Below are positions 63,860-64,000 of a DNA stretch of 64,000 nt, in pieces. Both the position numbers and the translations under genes were made by a program. Below the pieces are notes generated by a model, which made no database searches, had not been told where the DNA came from, and saw nothing but the letters and a program-made list of their open reading frames with translations. Source of the DNA: Octopus sinensis (lineage: Eukaryota); the NCBI RefSeq assembly GCF_006345805.1, contig NC_042998.1, forward strand, positions 1 through 64,000, read 5' to 3'. How positions within the stretch are numbered: the first letter of the stretch is position 1; every line of letters starts with the position of its first letter.

Positions 63860-64000
63860 GCGGTGAGCTGGCAGAAACGTTAGTACGCCGGGCGAAATGC
63901 TTAGCAGTATTTCGTCTGTCTTTACGTTCTGAGTTCAAATTCCGCCGAGGTCGACCTTGCCTTTCATCCTTTCGGGGTCGAGTAAATAAGTACCAGTTAC
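63860..64000 (+). mobile_element. OK-like SINE, runs off the window end
   Basis: GGCGGTGAGCTGGCAGAAACGTTAG head and core. Confidence 0.9.

Overview
AT-rich, repeat-saturated animal genomic DNA with no confidently identifiable host gene. The tRNA-headed SINE families (OK-like and OR/CORE-like), very long TA/TATG/TAA microsatellites and TTAGGG repeats point to an octopod cephalopod, most likely Octopus; this is inferred from recalled SINE consensus, not a database hit. Contents from left to right: a 5.1 kb 17-bp minisatellite, several CR1/Jockey-group LINE ORF2 remnants (two of about 2.7-3 kb), R4/Dong-type RLE fragments, a Penelope-type RT fragment, a GC-rich SPIN/Buster-like hAT transposase fragment, a Helitron Pif1 helicase remnant, several MITEs, a recent non-autonomous Gypsy-derived LTR element with a tRNA-Leu PBS, and about 20 SINE copies. 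The signal the ORF track misses entirely is a set of type I hammerhead ribozyme folds from at least five unrelated short repeat families. They occur as a perfect 120-bp palindrome, a back-to-back fusion of two families and a 537-nt tandem unit, which suggests a Penelope/retrozyme-like system of small self-cleaving RNAs. Coordinates were read by eye: ribozyme, LTR and TSD boundaries are base-checked, while SINE and decayed-TE boundaries are approximate (+/-20 bp or more).
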